NCBI GenBank assembly: GCA_003971905.1
Contig: RSEE01000012.1
Coordinates: forward strand, 930,001-987,170
Direction: 5' to 3'
DNA from: Moniliella sp. 'wahieum'
Lineage: Eukaryota
DNA length: 57,170 nucleotides
Shown here: positions 1-13,764 of the stretch, piece by piece
Layout: the number at the start of each line of letters is the position of its first letter
How positions within the stretch are numbered: position 1 is the first letter of the stretch
Notes under the pieces: model-generated
What the model was told of the DNA's origin: nothing
The model's database searches: none
The model's input: only the letters and a program-made list of their open reading frames with translations
Made by a program: the position numbers and the translations under genes

Positions 1-1775
1 TGGCCGCCCAGGGCAAACCGCCCTACCCCCCCTTCCAACAGCTTACCGGCAAAGCAGCCTTGACCAAACTCAGCTTGTACGACCTCGATGGACGCCAGGA
101 ACTGCCTCCGATCCATGGCCCGTTCCCTTCCTCTCACCAACGTCGCGGGTGGAAACATCTCTGGAGCGCACCTCAACCGTCCCCCCCTGTTCCCTCTCCC
201 CCCGCTTTGTCTGCCACTCCTTACCAATGCCTGATCACGCGCCACACCCACCCGCTCCCCCGCCCACGCAGTGCATGACATGCCACAACACCCACTGCCT
301 CCTCCTCGACGATCGGCATCCCCCTCCCCCTCCCCACCGCCATGGCCATTATCCCCATCACCATTGGCGTCGCCCTCTTCCCAGAAATCGTTTCACAAGG
401 AGACAGTCGCCCTGCTGACTCTTCCTGTCATGCCAGCGACGACAGCCTGCCCGCCCTCCCCGATCAAGTTCCCTCCCACTGGCATACGACGCAGGCTCAG
501 GCTCAGGCTTTGCCCCCCACCCATTACGACGGTTCTACACCACCACTCCCCGGTCTCCCCCACTCCCCGACCCGCGCGCAGGCCAAAGGCCCACGCATCT
601 CCCCTGCCCCGCTAAGCGGGCCCACCTAATAGCACAACACCGCTCGCCTCTCCCCATCCACCACCCTCCGTCTCCCCTTCCTATACGCTCCAGCGGCCCC
701 CTCGTCGTCCCCTTCCCATGATCCATGATCCATGAGCCATGAGCCATGGGCCATATGCTCTCATCACGAGTTTTGTCTCGGATCGCGTGTTTGTCGTGGA
801 CTCTGCATTGAACCATTCGTCCCCCCCAGTTCCTCTCCACATATCTTGCCTCAGGCTCAGGCCCACTGCTAAGAACTACTAGTCACTGATACATAATTTA
901 GTGAGGCTATGAGTGAAGCCACTATGGCGACTGCGTGCCCCACCCCGTAGAACTCCGTAGTACTTCCCATCATTGCTCGCTGGCGAGAGGAGGTACTCTC
1001 TTTGGCATGTGTGGATCGTGGATGTGTGGCCTGCATCCTGCCCGTGCTTCATTGTCTATCCTTAATTCCACCGTGCTTTTTGGCCTCATCAACGCAGTGA
1101 TCTGCCCTCGAGGCCCAGAGTGGAGAGGAGAGCTCGGAAAGGCCAGTAGAGGAGGAGGGCCGACGAATGGTAGGGAGGGGGGGAGAGAACCGTGCGGTTG
1201 TGGTGAGGCGGAAGAACGATTGATGCATGACAGTGACATGTGACAGTGACATGTGAGTGACAGGTGATAGTTTGAATGTTGATGACGTTGATGGGTGATC
1301 GATGATGCATGATGCATGGTGTCGTGCGAGCAACCCGAATTGGAACGCATGCGAATCATGCATGGTGCATGGATGATGCCGCGTGCTGGCGCAGCCAAAA
1401 TCAAGCATCGCCACAGAAGCACCGAGCGGCGTTGCACCGACCGCCACTCCCTCATGCCCCCACTGCTCCCCTGGGGCTTCGGTGCAAGGAGGAAGAACGC
1501 GATGAATAATTAACCGTCGAAATCATCGACCATCGATCACCACCTTAATGATCGATGGATCAGCCGCCCCGCGCCGATTGCGCTCCGCGAGGATCGATGA
1601 CGCTCGATTACGTAGGTGCCCCGCACACTGCCCGTTTGCGGGCGGGTGCCCGAAATTTTTTGCGCTCAAACGAATACCAGCACGGACCGCCGCTTTTTAG
1701 GCGACTTGTCCATGGCTCGAATCCTGGGCCTCGCGCACCACCTCCCCCCACCACCTCGGCCCTTTGTTACCCAGC

Positions 1776-3652
1776 ATGGTGTCTGCATCCAAGGCAAAGC
1801 GTCAGGCGGAGAAGGCCGCCAAGAACCCCAAGGACGCCAGCTCGTCCAAGACGTCCAAGTCCAAGGCCTCCAAGGCCTCCAAGAGCACCGATGCCACCTC
1901 GGCCGACGGCGTCGACGGCGCGACGGACGAAATGAAGAAGTTGGAGCTGGCTACCGACCGCAACGCGTCCGGTGTTCTTACTTCGGACAAGCAGTCGCGC
2001 GACGTGCACATTGACAACTTTACCATGTCGTTCCACGGCCGCCTCCTGCTCGACGGCACCTCGATCACGCTCAACTATGGCCAGCGCTACGGCCTGTTGG
2101 GTGAGAATGGCTCGGGCAAGACGACGTTGCTGGAGGCGATCAATGGGCGCGACGTGGAGATCCCAGAGCACATTGATATTCACCTGGTCCAGGGCGAGGT
2201 CGAGCCGTCAGAGATGAATGCGCTCGAGTACTGCATTGCGTCGGCCAAGGAAAAAGTGGACAAGCTGGAGAAGCGGATTGAAGATGTGTCGGCGTCCGAC
2301 GATGTGGACGAGTTGTTGATTGAGGCAATGTACGAGGAACTGGATGCGCTCGACCCATCTACGTTTGAGGCCAAGGCTTCCTCCATTCTCCACGGTCTCG
2401 GGTTTACGGTGCAGTCGATGAAGAAACCGACCAAGGACTTGTCTGGCGGTTGGCGCATGCGTGTCTCGCTCGCTCGTGCCCTGTTTATCAAGCCCCACAT
2501 GCTTCTGTTGGACGAGCCGACGAACCACTTGGACCTGGGTAGCGTCGTGTGGCTCGAGGCTTACCTGGCCAAGTACCCCAACATTCTCGTCCTCACCTCC
2601 CACTCGGCCGACTTTATGGACGAGGTGTGCACCAACATTATTGACCTGACGATGGACAAGGAACTAGTCTACTATGGTGGTAACTACTCTACCTACGTCC
2701 GGGTGAAGAAGGAGAACGAGGTGAACCAGATGAAGGCGTACTACAAGCAGCAAGAGGAGATTGCCAAGATCAAGCGGTTCATTGCCTCGGCCGGTACGTA
2801 CGCCAACTTGGTCAAGCAAGCTCAGTCGAAACAAAAGATCATCGACAAGATGGAGGCCGCTGGGTTGGTTCAGCCCGTGCGCGAGCCCAAGAAGCTGCGG
2901 TTCAACTTTGAGGATGTGGCACGCTTGCCGCCTCCTAACATTGCGTTTTCCGACGTGGCCTTCTCGTACTCGGGCAAGAAGGAGGACTACCTGTACAAGG
3001 GCCTCGAGCTCGCTGTTGACATGGATTCGCGCGTGGCGATTGTCGGGGCCAACGGTACGGGCAAGTCAACCCTGCTCAACCTCATGACTGGCGCGCTGAA
3101 CCCGGTCGAGGGTACAGTCAACCGCCACCCATCCATCAAGCTGGCCAAGTACTCGCAGCACTCGGCGGACCAGTTGCCGTACGACAAGAGTCCGCTCGAC
3201 TATATGGAATCCAAGTATTCGCTCAAGTTCCCCAACAAGGACGTCCAGTTCTGGCGTGGCCAGATTGGTCGATTTGGCCTGACGGGGTCGCACCAAACCT
3301 CGGAAATTCGCACCCTGTCCGACGGGCTGCGGAACCGGGTGGTGTTCTCCAGTTGGCCATGGAGTCCCCCCACATTATCCTCCTCGACGAGCCAACGAAC
3401 CACTTGGACATGACCTCGATTGATGCGCTGGCGCAAGCTATCAATGAGTTCGCCGGCGGCGTGGTGGTGATTGTCTCGCACGATTTCCGCCTGCTCAAGG
3501 CAGTGGCCAAGGACATTTGGGAAGTGCGCGACGGTCGGATTGTCAACTTGACCAAGGAGGAGAACATGGACATTGAGGGCTACAAGAAGCGTCTTCATGC
3601 TGAAACCGCCGAGCAGATCAAGAAGGCTGAGCTGCTGACCAAGCGCTCTTAA
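1776..3652 (+). CDS. ARB1: ABC-F family ATPase (Arb1/ABCF2), ribosome biogenesis; apparent 1-nt deletion near 3350
   Basis: Two ABC domains ([50 protein letters not shown]) and no TM segments. ORFs 1764-3413 and 3353-3652 join as [12 protein letters not shown] if one C is restored. Confidence 0.93.
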
Positions 3653-5009
3653 CCAAAATTGCCCCCCCCGCATTGCTTTTTTCCCCTTCCAACCCCCCCC
3701 CCCCTTCCCCACACGCATGACAGCAGACGCTGTTCCTTGTAGCATTCTTCCCCCAACATCTACTTAATCAGTGCTGTGGGCCACCAATACCATGTTTCAT
3801 CTGCCTCCTCCCTTGTCTCGCTTAGCCTATGCTTTGCATCCCAGACCGCACCTGGTAGGGGCCAGCTGGTTCCCATGGGATTCAGTTGTGGCTATTAGGA
3901 GCTGTAACAGAGACGCTAGTGCCCAGATCAAGGTGGGGCATGTTCCAATACTAGGCATGCACTAGGCATGCATCGACGCGCGATCAAGTGATCACTACCT
4001 TCACGTCAACGAGTCGCGCGAACGACAACCAAGACGCGGCAACAGAGTCAAAGAAACACTGAGTGGGGAGGGACGAGACGAAACGCGTTGGTCGCAGCCG
4101 AAAATGAGGTCCCAAGAAGAAGAGCATCGAAAATGACATGAGACCCATGGAATGAAATGAGATGAGAGATGAAGCCAAGATGAGATGAGATGATCCGAGA
4201 CGTGGTGGGCGTGCTCAGTTCGCGCAATCCTCGCAAGAGATCCAACATCCTGCCGGCAACGCAGTCGCACAGGAGATAATCATGGACTGACGGTATTGGT
4301 TGAGCAATCTGGCGGCTGAACAGTCCGGCTGCCCACCACTCATTCGTGCTCTCATTCAGGAGCACGGCACGGGCAAAGACGAGGCAGAGGGAGGCTGAGG
4401 AGGTGCGAAGTGTCCGTCTGGTGGCTGAGGCTGGGGCGGCAGGTACTGTACCACCAGTGCTAGTGATATTGGTACTATTGCTTCGTTCTGGAGTGTCTAT
4501 TCTGCTGCCCCAGTCTCCTCGTCTACAGTTCTTGCCTTTCGGCAGTAACATGCCGTAGGCAGCACTGGCGCTGTCTCCAATGATGCTACTACTACTAGCG
4601 TCACTTAGTTGTCCCCCATCATTGTCACTACTACTAGTCACTCCTCTCCGAACCCAGAACGCGCACCTCACCCATCCACCTTCATACCATCCATCCACTC
4701 TTCTCTTTCTCACACTCTTTCACTCTCACTCTCTCGATGACAACCACGCCCCCTGCGCCTCAACGATAGACCCTACAACCTACAAGTTGAGCTGGACGTC
4801 AAGAGAGGTGTGGCGAGGATAGGATCGTATCGTGTAGTACTAAGCGAGCGGGGGGAAGGGCAAAGGGAAGGGCAAGGAAAGAGCGCGCCCACCCATCCGA
4901 AGTAACTGATGGATCCGAGTTAGGGAGGGCTAAAACAATGCCCTCCTGCTCCAGGCGCCACGGCCGCCCCGCCTCCGCCTCCGCCTCCGCCTCCGCCTCA
5001 ACCTCAGGC

Positions 5010-8000
5010 TCAGCCTCCCGTCCCGCCCGTGCCGACAGGCGAGTCGGTCTGGAAGCAGGACGCGACCGACGACCCGTCCACGGACCAGGCCAGCACATCC
5101 AATGCCATCCCCGACGGGTCGGAGCGAAAGACGGCGAGGGCGAGGGAGCGGAAGCGCTCGACATCGGCTACCATTCTGCGTTGGATCGCAGTCCAGGCCA
5201 GCTGCGCACCTCGCGCGCTGGATGCTTGGCCCTGCCCCTGGCTCTCCCGCTCGGGAGAGAGCAGGTGGAAGTGCAAGCCGACTTGCCGACTGAGCGATCG
5301 TACCAGCGCCGAAACGTTGTCTGCCGAGTAAGCCTCGACGAGCGCGAGCCAGTCGTGGGGTTGGGTGCCTGGTCGCCGTAGCGGATCGCCCGGCACTTGT
5401 TCCACCTGGGCCACAAATGCGCCCATTTGACCCCAGGGCGCATGGAGAAGGGCGTGGGCGTAGCCCGCTACCGCCGCCTGCAGTGTCCGTTCCGTCTGGC
5501 TTGCCAGCTCGTCCAATGCCCGGCTGGCCACTTGCCCCGCGCCCGCCCCGTCGCCTGTAACATGGCGTCCAGATTGACGATCCGGACCAGGTCCGCGTGC
5601 AGTTCTTTCGGCGCCTGGCGCGCAAACCGTCTTGCGTCCCCAGCCCGCGCCGCGATCAGACTCAGTGCCACCTTGCCCAACTTGGCCACTGCCGCGTCCA
5701 GGCGCGCTTGGGTGCTCTTGGGTTGCGCCACGGGCGCACCCACCACCCGCAACGCAAGACGCACCTGCGCATCCGCTTGCACAAACCACCCTGGCACCCG
5801 CGTCGCACAGGGCAAGACGTACGTTTCGTGGCTCACCACAGGTGCCGGTACCGACGGCCGCCGGAGGGTCAACCTGCGTCCCAACCCACCTTTCTCCTCT
5901 CCTCTCCCACGGCCTGGGACAGAGACGGCGCGTCCTCCAACGATTGGCGTAACAGCCCGGCCTCATGCTGCACCAGTTGGTCCATGTCGGCCACCAAGGT
6001 GGTCCACAGGGGCGCCAATCGCGCGCGCGCGTATTCCATCCCGTCCTGAGGAGGTGCATTGGCGCGAGGCGAGGCGGCCAAGGCAGACTCGAGCCCAGCA
6101 AGAAGCGCAATGGGCGCCAAGCCATGCATCCGTTCCTGGTGCACCCGTTCCTCCACAGCTTGCACCGCAGGCGCAAAGATTTGGTCCAGCACCCGTTCGG
6201 GCCGCACGTCGGGCCGCGCAAGACGAGGCCCATACCCCAGCTCGGTCCTGCGCAACTAGCTCGGGCTCAAGTTGAAGGTAGTTGGCAAACGTGATTGGGA
6301 CCGAGGACAGATGCAGAAAGTCCACCACAAAACTGTGCTGGGACGCCATCAGACCAGCGACTGAATGCATCAATCGGACTGCCGCCGCTACCGAGGCGCC
6401 CTGCGAGCCAGCAGACAAAAGGGCAGGCGAGGAAGGAGAAGGGGCCAAACCAGTACCAGGGGGGAGCGACCATTGCGAAGCATTGTAACATGCACCCCGT
6501 ACCGCCACAACATATTCGTCCCTCAGTGCCTCGTAGCTGTCCGGCGCCATCTCCCGGACAAACAAGACCAGGCCGCAATACTGCTCCAGCGCCGTCTCGA
6601 TTGACTTGGCCAAGGCCAACCCTTGAGGCGGGCCTGGTTGCGTCGTGGCCAAGGAAGGGGAGGATGCAGAGGGAGAAACCGAGGCCGTGGTAGGCCTCGA
6701 CACGGCCACCGCCAGCATCTGCTGAGTAAAGGTGAGGAACTTGGCCGCAAACCGGGCTGCCGTCTCGAGTGCTCGAGGGTCCGACGAGGTGAGTAGCGCT
6801 TGTACACTTCCGTTGCGGCCGCTTCCAACGTAGCCACATGGTCACCCTGTGCTGTCAAGGGGTGGAGAGAAGCGTCTCCATTGCAGCCGCTCTGCCCGCG
6901 CGGGATGAACCATGGGCCTGCGGACAGGCACACGGCCGCTCAAGCTCGAGAGCGCGCGGGCAGGAGGGAAAAGGGAGCAACGTCCATGCTTTGGCGTCGG
7001 CGAGCGTCCAGCGCAAGAGGCATCGGTCCCCTGACTCCCTTTGCATCATCGTCCCCAGATGCGCCGCGGCGAGGGTCCGAGTCCCATATATCAGCATCCA
7101 CACTCTTGCTCGGACGCAGGCTGGGGCGAACAACGTCCATGCTCCGTCGCGTGTCCATCCGGCCCACATCCATGCTGCGCCGCAGCGCAAATCGACCAAC
7201 GTCCATACTGCGCCGCGCGTCCCCGGTTTCCATCCATGTTCCGCCGCGCATCCATCCGACCCACGTCCATGCTCTTGCGCGCATGCAGGCGCGAAACATC
7301 CATACTGGCGGGGCGTCGATCAGGGCCGGGGAGCGTAGGTGCCAAGGGACACGACGCGCGAGCCTAGTCGACCCTGAGCCGGGGCACGCCGAGGTGGGAG
7401 CGACCAGTCGTCAGCTTGGGTGAGGAAATGAAATGTCCAGTTCCCGCGCGAGCGCTTGCGCATTCGACGCTGCCAGTTGCTCGCCGTGCCGCTTTTGCGA
7501 ATCGCCACGACACGGTGCGGCAGCCAGCATGCCATCCTGCGCCGAATCCAGCATCCCGCCCAAATGCTCGAGGTGGAACAAGGCCTCCTCCACCCCATCC
7601 AGCAGTTCGTCTACCTCTCTCGAGTCGAAAATCCCATACTCTGCCCCTTCGTCTTCTGCGACGAGGGCCCAGGTGGGTCCTTCTGCTTCCGTCTCCTCCT
7701 CCCACCCGCCCAGCCGCCGGAGATGGGAAAGGATGCGGCCTTGCATCGTGCAGGCTGAGGCGCAGGAGGTCGCATCGCACGCCAAGGCTGGCGGGACGTG
7801 CCACCAACGGTACCTAGCAAGCCCACTCGAAACCCCCTCGGCCGCGGCCAGCTCGGCTGCAACGTGGCTCCAATCACATCGCCTGCCCGCACCGTACCCC
7901 GCTCCTCGGTCGAGGCACTGAGACCATAGCCAATCGTTGACAGAGCTTGCCTCTCTGCCACGCAGCTTCGTCCTCCTCCTCTGTCTGTGGCGTGGGCTGA

Positions 8001-9471
8001 ACCGGAGGGCGCGAGCGGCTGCGCCCTGCATTTTGACTCGTCGAGCGGGCCGACTTGGCCTTCGCTTTGGTCTGAACAGCTTTGACTGCGGCATCGAGCG
8101 TGGCGTAGGGTGTGCCTTGCAACAACGTTTGCTCAAACACGCGTGGATCGAACCGTTTTGGGTTCCTCCGCCGCTTGCGTTCCCCATGGCATGGGTTTCG
8201 ATCGGGCCTTGACCCATGTTGGTCGCGAAGAGTGCGGCCCAGCGGACGCGGCGGCAGGCGCTGCTGTTCTTCGGCCACGCGGACGTGTAGCATTCACTTC
8301 CGACACAGCATCTGCCTCTTCTTCCTCCTCCTCCATTCTGCCGCCCGAACAAAGGGAGGTGGGTCGGGGGGCTGAAGCCCATCCTCAACGGAAAACCCCG
8401 GCGGCTCGTCGTGCGCGGCGGCTCTGGTGCAAGAGCAGCCGAGGTGCTGCGCTCAGAGCGGCGCGCATCAGATTGAGCAGAGAAGGTCGAGGGCGAGGCG
8501 TGGCCGCATCCTCTTCCTGCACCTTTTCTTTCTTCGCTTCCTTTTCCCTCGGGTGGGAGAGCGAGGCGATGACGCAAGCTTTTTTCGGCCGGCAGCGTGG
8601 CGTGAGCGGGAGGGAGGGGCTGCTGCTCTGGCTGCTCGGCGCGCAGCGAGCGCGGACGATGCGCGCCGTGGTCGGCGTCGGTCGTCGGTGTCCACAGGAC
8701 CAGAAGGGGAGGTGGGCAGGGGCTCCACGGCAGAACGAGAGCGAGGGGGGTGACGGGAAGGCAGGCGCGCAGAGTCTAAAGGCTCGGCCCACTCGCTGTC
8801 TGGGTCAGGCGGCGAGGGGGGGGGACAGGACGGGAGGAAGAAGGTTTGGTGCGCGCGGGGCGCAGCGTCGGGCTCAGTGACGACTGTCGAGGCTGAGGGC
8901 GCATCGGACGAGGGACTATCAGGGGTGCACGTTCCAGCGCAGGGTGAAAGTGCGGCGGGTTGCTGCTGGATGCAGGCACGGACGTAGGCGAAGGCGGAGG
9001 CAGATCAGCGCCCAGCACACACTCGGCCAGTGCAGCAACAACGTCTCTGCCTCGCCTGGATCGTCGGGGACCAGCCGAGCGTGCTCTGGTTCGTATCAAA
9101 GATGAGGAGGAAGGCGGTGGGCTAGGCAGGCGAGAGGCGGCGCACCGGGACGAGTCAGGGGAGCAGCATGGGCGGGAGAGCGGGGGGGGGGGGGGGGAGG
9201 AGGGGAGCAGGCACGAACCGACTCGTGCTCGACAGCCAACAAGCGTTGCGAGGGAGGCAGGTGCGCCAATGGTGTAGGCACCATGGTGCTTCTTGGCCTT
9301 GAGAAGGACCATGGGTCGGCGGGCGCCTGCCCTCTGCTGCTGCTGCTGCTCCCGCGAGGGAGGGCCTGGGCGAGGAGGAGGAGACGCGGGTTTGTGGTCG
9401 TCGCGGCCGGCGACATGGGCGATGGGAGGGGGAGGGAGGGCGGCGGGAGGCCGCAGCGAGTGCGGCGGCAT
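5010..9471 (-). CDS. SEC3: Divergent exocyst subunit Sec3-like protein, split by several frameshifts; ends approximate
   Basis: N-terminal LLKAKKHHGAYTIG resembles the Sec3 PH-domain motif (HKA..N..GSFSIGKTW). Other Sec3-like pieces: coiled-coil segment ASNAQALARELD, YCGLVLFVREM..YEALRDEY, QHSFVVDFLHL..ITFANYL and C-terminal YSADNV..L.RQVGLHF / WTAIQRRMV. Confidence 0.65.
7130..7312 (-). repeat. 33-bp (11-aa) coding tandem repeat of about 6 units, RRSMDVGR-like, inside the Sec3-like gene
   Basis: (G/A)TCCAT-centred units recur at ~7132, 7165, 7198, 7230, 7263 and 7296, with an extra copy at ~6980. Confidence 0.85.
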
Positions 9472-9891
9472 GGCGGGTGGTGTAGTGGTGGTAGTGGCGG
9501 TGGTGGTGGTGGTGTTAGCAGCCACAACGCGGGGCCGAGTGGGAGCGGCGGGGGCAACCAACCCACACGCGGCCAAAGCAAGCTCAGGCACCCGCCCATC
9601 CCACACGCCGCCCCGCCACACTGCCCCCGCGCTGCCGTGTGCATGTGCTGCCGTCTTGCGGGGCACAGCGGCGCCGGCGGGGACGCAGGCACGGGCGCAG
9701 TGTCCCGGGGGGCGGCGTCGGGGCCCGGTGGCCGATCACGGGTGGGCACGTGACTTGCAGACCCCACGCACCCAGACAGTGCTCTACTAAAATATGGACA
9801 TGCTATGGACATGCTATCCTTCAAAACCGCCTGCTTCTTTGCTTTGCTCGACATGCAGAGTAGTGACTAGTGCCCCCCTCCCCCTTCCCCC

Positions 9892-12800
9892 TCACATGGC
9901 CTTGCTCTCCCAGTGCGACGTGAGCGAGGCGAGCAGGTCGTTGAGCGACGAGCGCGACGGCGTGGGCGGCGTCGCCTCCCGGTCCGCGTCGGCGTCCGGG
10001 CCAGGCGGCGCCACAGGCATGCCAGTCAGGTAGTCCGGCAGGCGCGGCAGCGGCGACAGCCCGCGTCGAGCGGGCCAGCAGCAGCAGCAGCAGCAGAAGC
10101 AGAAGCGGAAGTGGAAGCAGCGAACCCAGCCAGGCGTGCCTCCTCCCCGCGCCCGGCCACGCAGTCGACGCTGAAAGCAGTTGCGCCAGGCGGAACGGGT
10201 CGCTGACCGGCGGCGGCACCGGCAGTGGCGCTGCCGCCGCCGAGATGGAGGAGACCATGGCTTCGGCTGGGATGCCCAGCGCGGCCTGCACCCACAGGTC
10301 GGGCGGGAGCACCACGCTCCCCCCGCCATGCCAGGTGCGTCCTTGGCAGCCCGTCGGCCAGCTCGCCCACCTCCATTCCGAACGGTGGCCAGGCCATGCC
10401 GGGGTCGGGGCCGAACTGGGCGTGGAGCCTGACGGCGTCGAGCCCCGGCCCATACTCGACCTAGCTGGCGCTACGTCCGCTGCTCCAAACGGGTACGCCA
10501 GCACGGCCTGCGCACGCGGCGTCGCACTCGACAGCAGGTCCCATCCGGCGGGCGGGTCGAACGGGTTGGGCGGGTAGAGGGAGGCAAGCGAAGGCATGCT
10601 CGTCTCGGTCGCACCTGATGCGGTCAACGTCGCCGCATCCGGTCTCTCGGCTACTTCGGGGACCCTGGCGGTCTCGGACGATCCACCAGCTCGCGGGGGC
10701 AAGGTCCACATCGTGCTCCCGTTCGCCAGCACACGCTCCGAACGGGGCGAGGGGGGCTTGGTCGACGATGAGGCATGTGGCGATCCCGCCGTCTCTTGCG
10801 GACTGGTACGCTGCGTCGACGACGCTGGCGGCGACAGAGTGGGTTTCCTCCCGCCGGCCCCGCCCGCGTCCGAAATATCAATCGGCTGGAAATTGTTGAA
10901 CAGCGCAACGACTGGATCCGCGACCAAACTGGCCTCTAGGTCCTGCTCGTCCGCCTCGGGCGAGCTGGAGCTAGGCCCGCGCCGGGTCCGCGATGAGGGA
11001 CGCTGACGAGTGGGATGGTCGCCTGCGCCTGAGGCTGGGGGACGACCGGTGCGCATACGTTCCAGACGCGCCCGCCCCAGACGCGAAGAGAGGTAGCGTT
11101 GTCGTAGCTCCTTGCGTTGAGTGCACAGTCCATGCAGCAGTAACTGGCACACTGCGCCGAGCGGTTGCCCTGCGAGCCCAGCTCTTCGAAAAATTGCAGC
11201 GTGTCAAAGATCTTGGATGCAAACCAGTCCAAGTCTCCCGAAGGCCACGTGTGCGGCCCGCCACTGCTGCCGCCGAGCTGGCGCCGCCGAGCCATCGCAC
11301 TCGGCCGAGAGAAACGGCACGGCAAACGTCATCGACGCGCTCAAAAGGTTATCGGGGTTCCATACCGCATGGCGGCAGATACGCGGATCCTTGGTAATCG
11401 CCCGAACAAACGGGATGATCTCGAGCACTTTGCGCGCATGCACCAGCGCCGCAAACCGTAGGTCCTCCGGCGCATTCGGGTCGTCGAGCCAAGGACGCGC
11501 CAGCATCGATCGCAGCGTATACGCATTAGACCATGTATGGGCAATGAAGCCCAGCCGGACCGGGTCATTGAGCGCACGGATCGAGTCGTTTTCCCCTCCT
11601 GGGCTCGGCCCGAGGAAGATTCGTTGTTGGAGGGCGCTGGAGGACGCCAATCGAGCAGTTGCTCTTGAGACAGCCCTACCGCCGCCAGATACTCTTCAAC
11701 AGATATGCAATCAACGCGTCCAACGCCCGCGTCTTTTCCGCCTTCCTGGCGTGGTAACGTAGGCAGCACACTATCAAAGCATGTTAGCCTTCAGTCCTCG
11801 AAACGACGACAAGCAGGAGGAGGAGGAGGAGGTAAAAGTAAAAACGTACCGCAAATGTAGACTGAGCTGAACCAGCACATCTGTATAGACAAGGTACCCC
11901 ACGCGCTTTCGGAACGACATCCGATTCCGACTTGGGGGGAGAAAATTGCTCAGAGAGCGCCCGTGTCAGGGTCAAGCGTCCTCCTGCACAAACCATGGCG
12001 GTTGTACATTGAACAAGGCTGGTGTGACGGACCAGTCGCGCTGGAACAAGAGTGCCTCCCAACGGTCGATAAACACGAGTTTGTGCGCTGCACGACGACG
12101 GAACTCTTTCTGCATATCGGTCAGGTGGCGCCACGAAACGTGATTTTCGTCAAACAGATGGATCGCTTGTCCACGCCGGCAGCCGGCGCCCACTTTTTCC
12201 CACAGCAAGTCACGCGCACCCAGAAGCGAAGCGTACATGGCAGCCAGCAAGTCGGCAGCACACGCGTGAAGGAGATCTCCTGAGCGCGGGGGACCATGTG
12301 CTGCCCCGTCGGCGCGCCAAAGGGCGAAAGGCAGAGGAAGAGGGCCATCGCAGATGTCCATTGCCAGGGTGCGTAGAGACGGGGATGTTGGACCTTGAGA
12401 GGCACAGAGAAAACGGTCCCACCTCGCTCCCGGGCGGAATCAGAATACCAACCAGGGCAAGGATCAAGAGACACAGCGCCACCGCCGAACGCGGGACCGC
12501 ACCAGCATCCCGCTTACTCGACTTGGTCGGCGGATAGGCAAAGTGACCACACCCGCATCAGGTCGCCCATCGGGATGAACCCCACCGCACCATTCCACCG
12601 GCGGTACGCGTCAAACGCCGCTCAAAGTCACTCACGGCGGGTAGCAATCGGCCAACTCGGCCCAGGTCACCGAACGTTCCCGCATCATCGCGCACATGTC
12701 TGCATTTTCCAAGCACATGGCAAACCGGGTGGGATGCGCCGGAGACGCACCGAGCCGGGCCTCCCCGTCCGATGCGGCGGCCGGGGCGGTGGGTGCCGAG

Positions 12801-13764
12801 GTAAAGCCCGTAACCGGCGACACGGCGCCTTGAACATTGGGAAACGTGTTGGCTCGGGCGGGAGGTAGCTGCCGAGTAAACAGCGTGGGTTGCTGGGACG
12901 AACGGAGAACCATCATGGGCGCGTCCATTCATCGCCCGTCGGAGGCTGCATCGCCGCTGCCACATGCAGCGACTCGCGCGCCATGCGAACCACATCGTAA
13001 AATATATCTTTGGTCAATGCTTCTTTGCTCGCGCGCACATGCGAGGGCAGAGGATCGTCCGGATCACTTCGTGGTCGAGATCGTGATTGGGATCGTGATT
13101 GGGATCGTGATTGGGATCGAGGTGGTGCGCCGCTTTGGCCCGATCCCGTTGCTCCACCACCTGCAACAGCGAGTCGAGTCGATGCAGGGTACTCCGCACC
13201 CCTTCCAGCTGGGCACGAACCGCATCGACGTCCAGCGAAGCACCGCGCGTCGTCGCACCGGTCAAGGCGGCAGATATATCAGAGAGAGAGTCGAGCGCAT
13301 AGCCCTGCGGCAGGGGTTCTTTGCGCTTGCGGGAGCGAGACGCACTAGCGTCCGCACGTGGCTGCGGCGCCGACGTGGAGGCAGCAGCGGCAGTGCTTGC
13401 GCTTGCACCCGCCAGATGCGGTCGGTCCGGGTAGCAGAATTCGGTGGTGCTGCGCAGCACACACGACGCACACGGCCGGATCCGATCGCATTTCGTCTTG
13501 CGCCGCCGACATGGCTCACAGTTGCGGCTGTAGCGCGATGCGCTGCGGGCGGGCGCAAGCGCGGGAGTGGCCAGGGACGAAGAGGAGGCGGTGGCTGCCG
13601 AGGGGGGGGGGACGGCGGGAACGCTGGCATCGGGCTGGGGCCGAGGACGGGCATGGTAGGTGCGGCTGGTGGCGGGTGCGTCGTGGCCGCTGGCTGGGGG
13701 GGGAGCAGACGATGCGGATGCGGGTGGTGGTGGTGGTGGTGGGCGCAGTGGGAGGCGAGGGCAT
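9892..13764 (-). CDS. Zn(II)2Cys6 fungal transcription factor with introns and frameshifts; start uncertain
   Basis: CEPCRRRKTKCDRIRPCASCVLRSTTEFC binuclear cluster near 13430-13520, followed by a coiled coil and a long downstream region. Intron GTACGT..GCTAAC..TAG at 11771-11849. Confidence 0.82.

Noticed and set aside
60..1513. Many Pro/His-rich short ORFs
   Set aside because: Products of C-rich low-complexity DNA with no family signature.
1680..1740. tRNA-like GGCTCGAATCC..CCA
   Set aside because: The T-stem does not pair and no cloverleaf forms; it is the ARB1 leader region.
3345..3356. Programmed frameshifting in ARB1 or TPI1
   Set aside because: No slippery heptamer, and the same kind of indel affects nearly every gene.
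4048..4713. 221-aa minus-strand ORF between ARB1 and the SEC3-like gene
   Set aside because: No motifs, non-ATG start and low-complexity sequence; likely a chance ORF.
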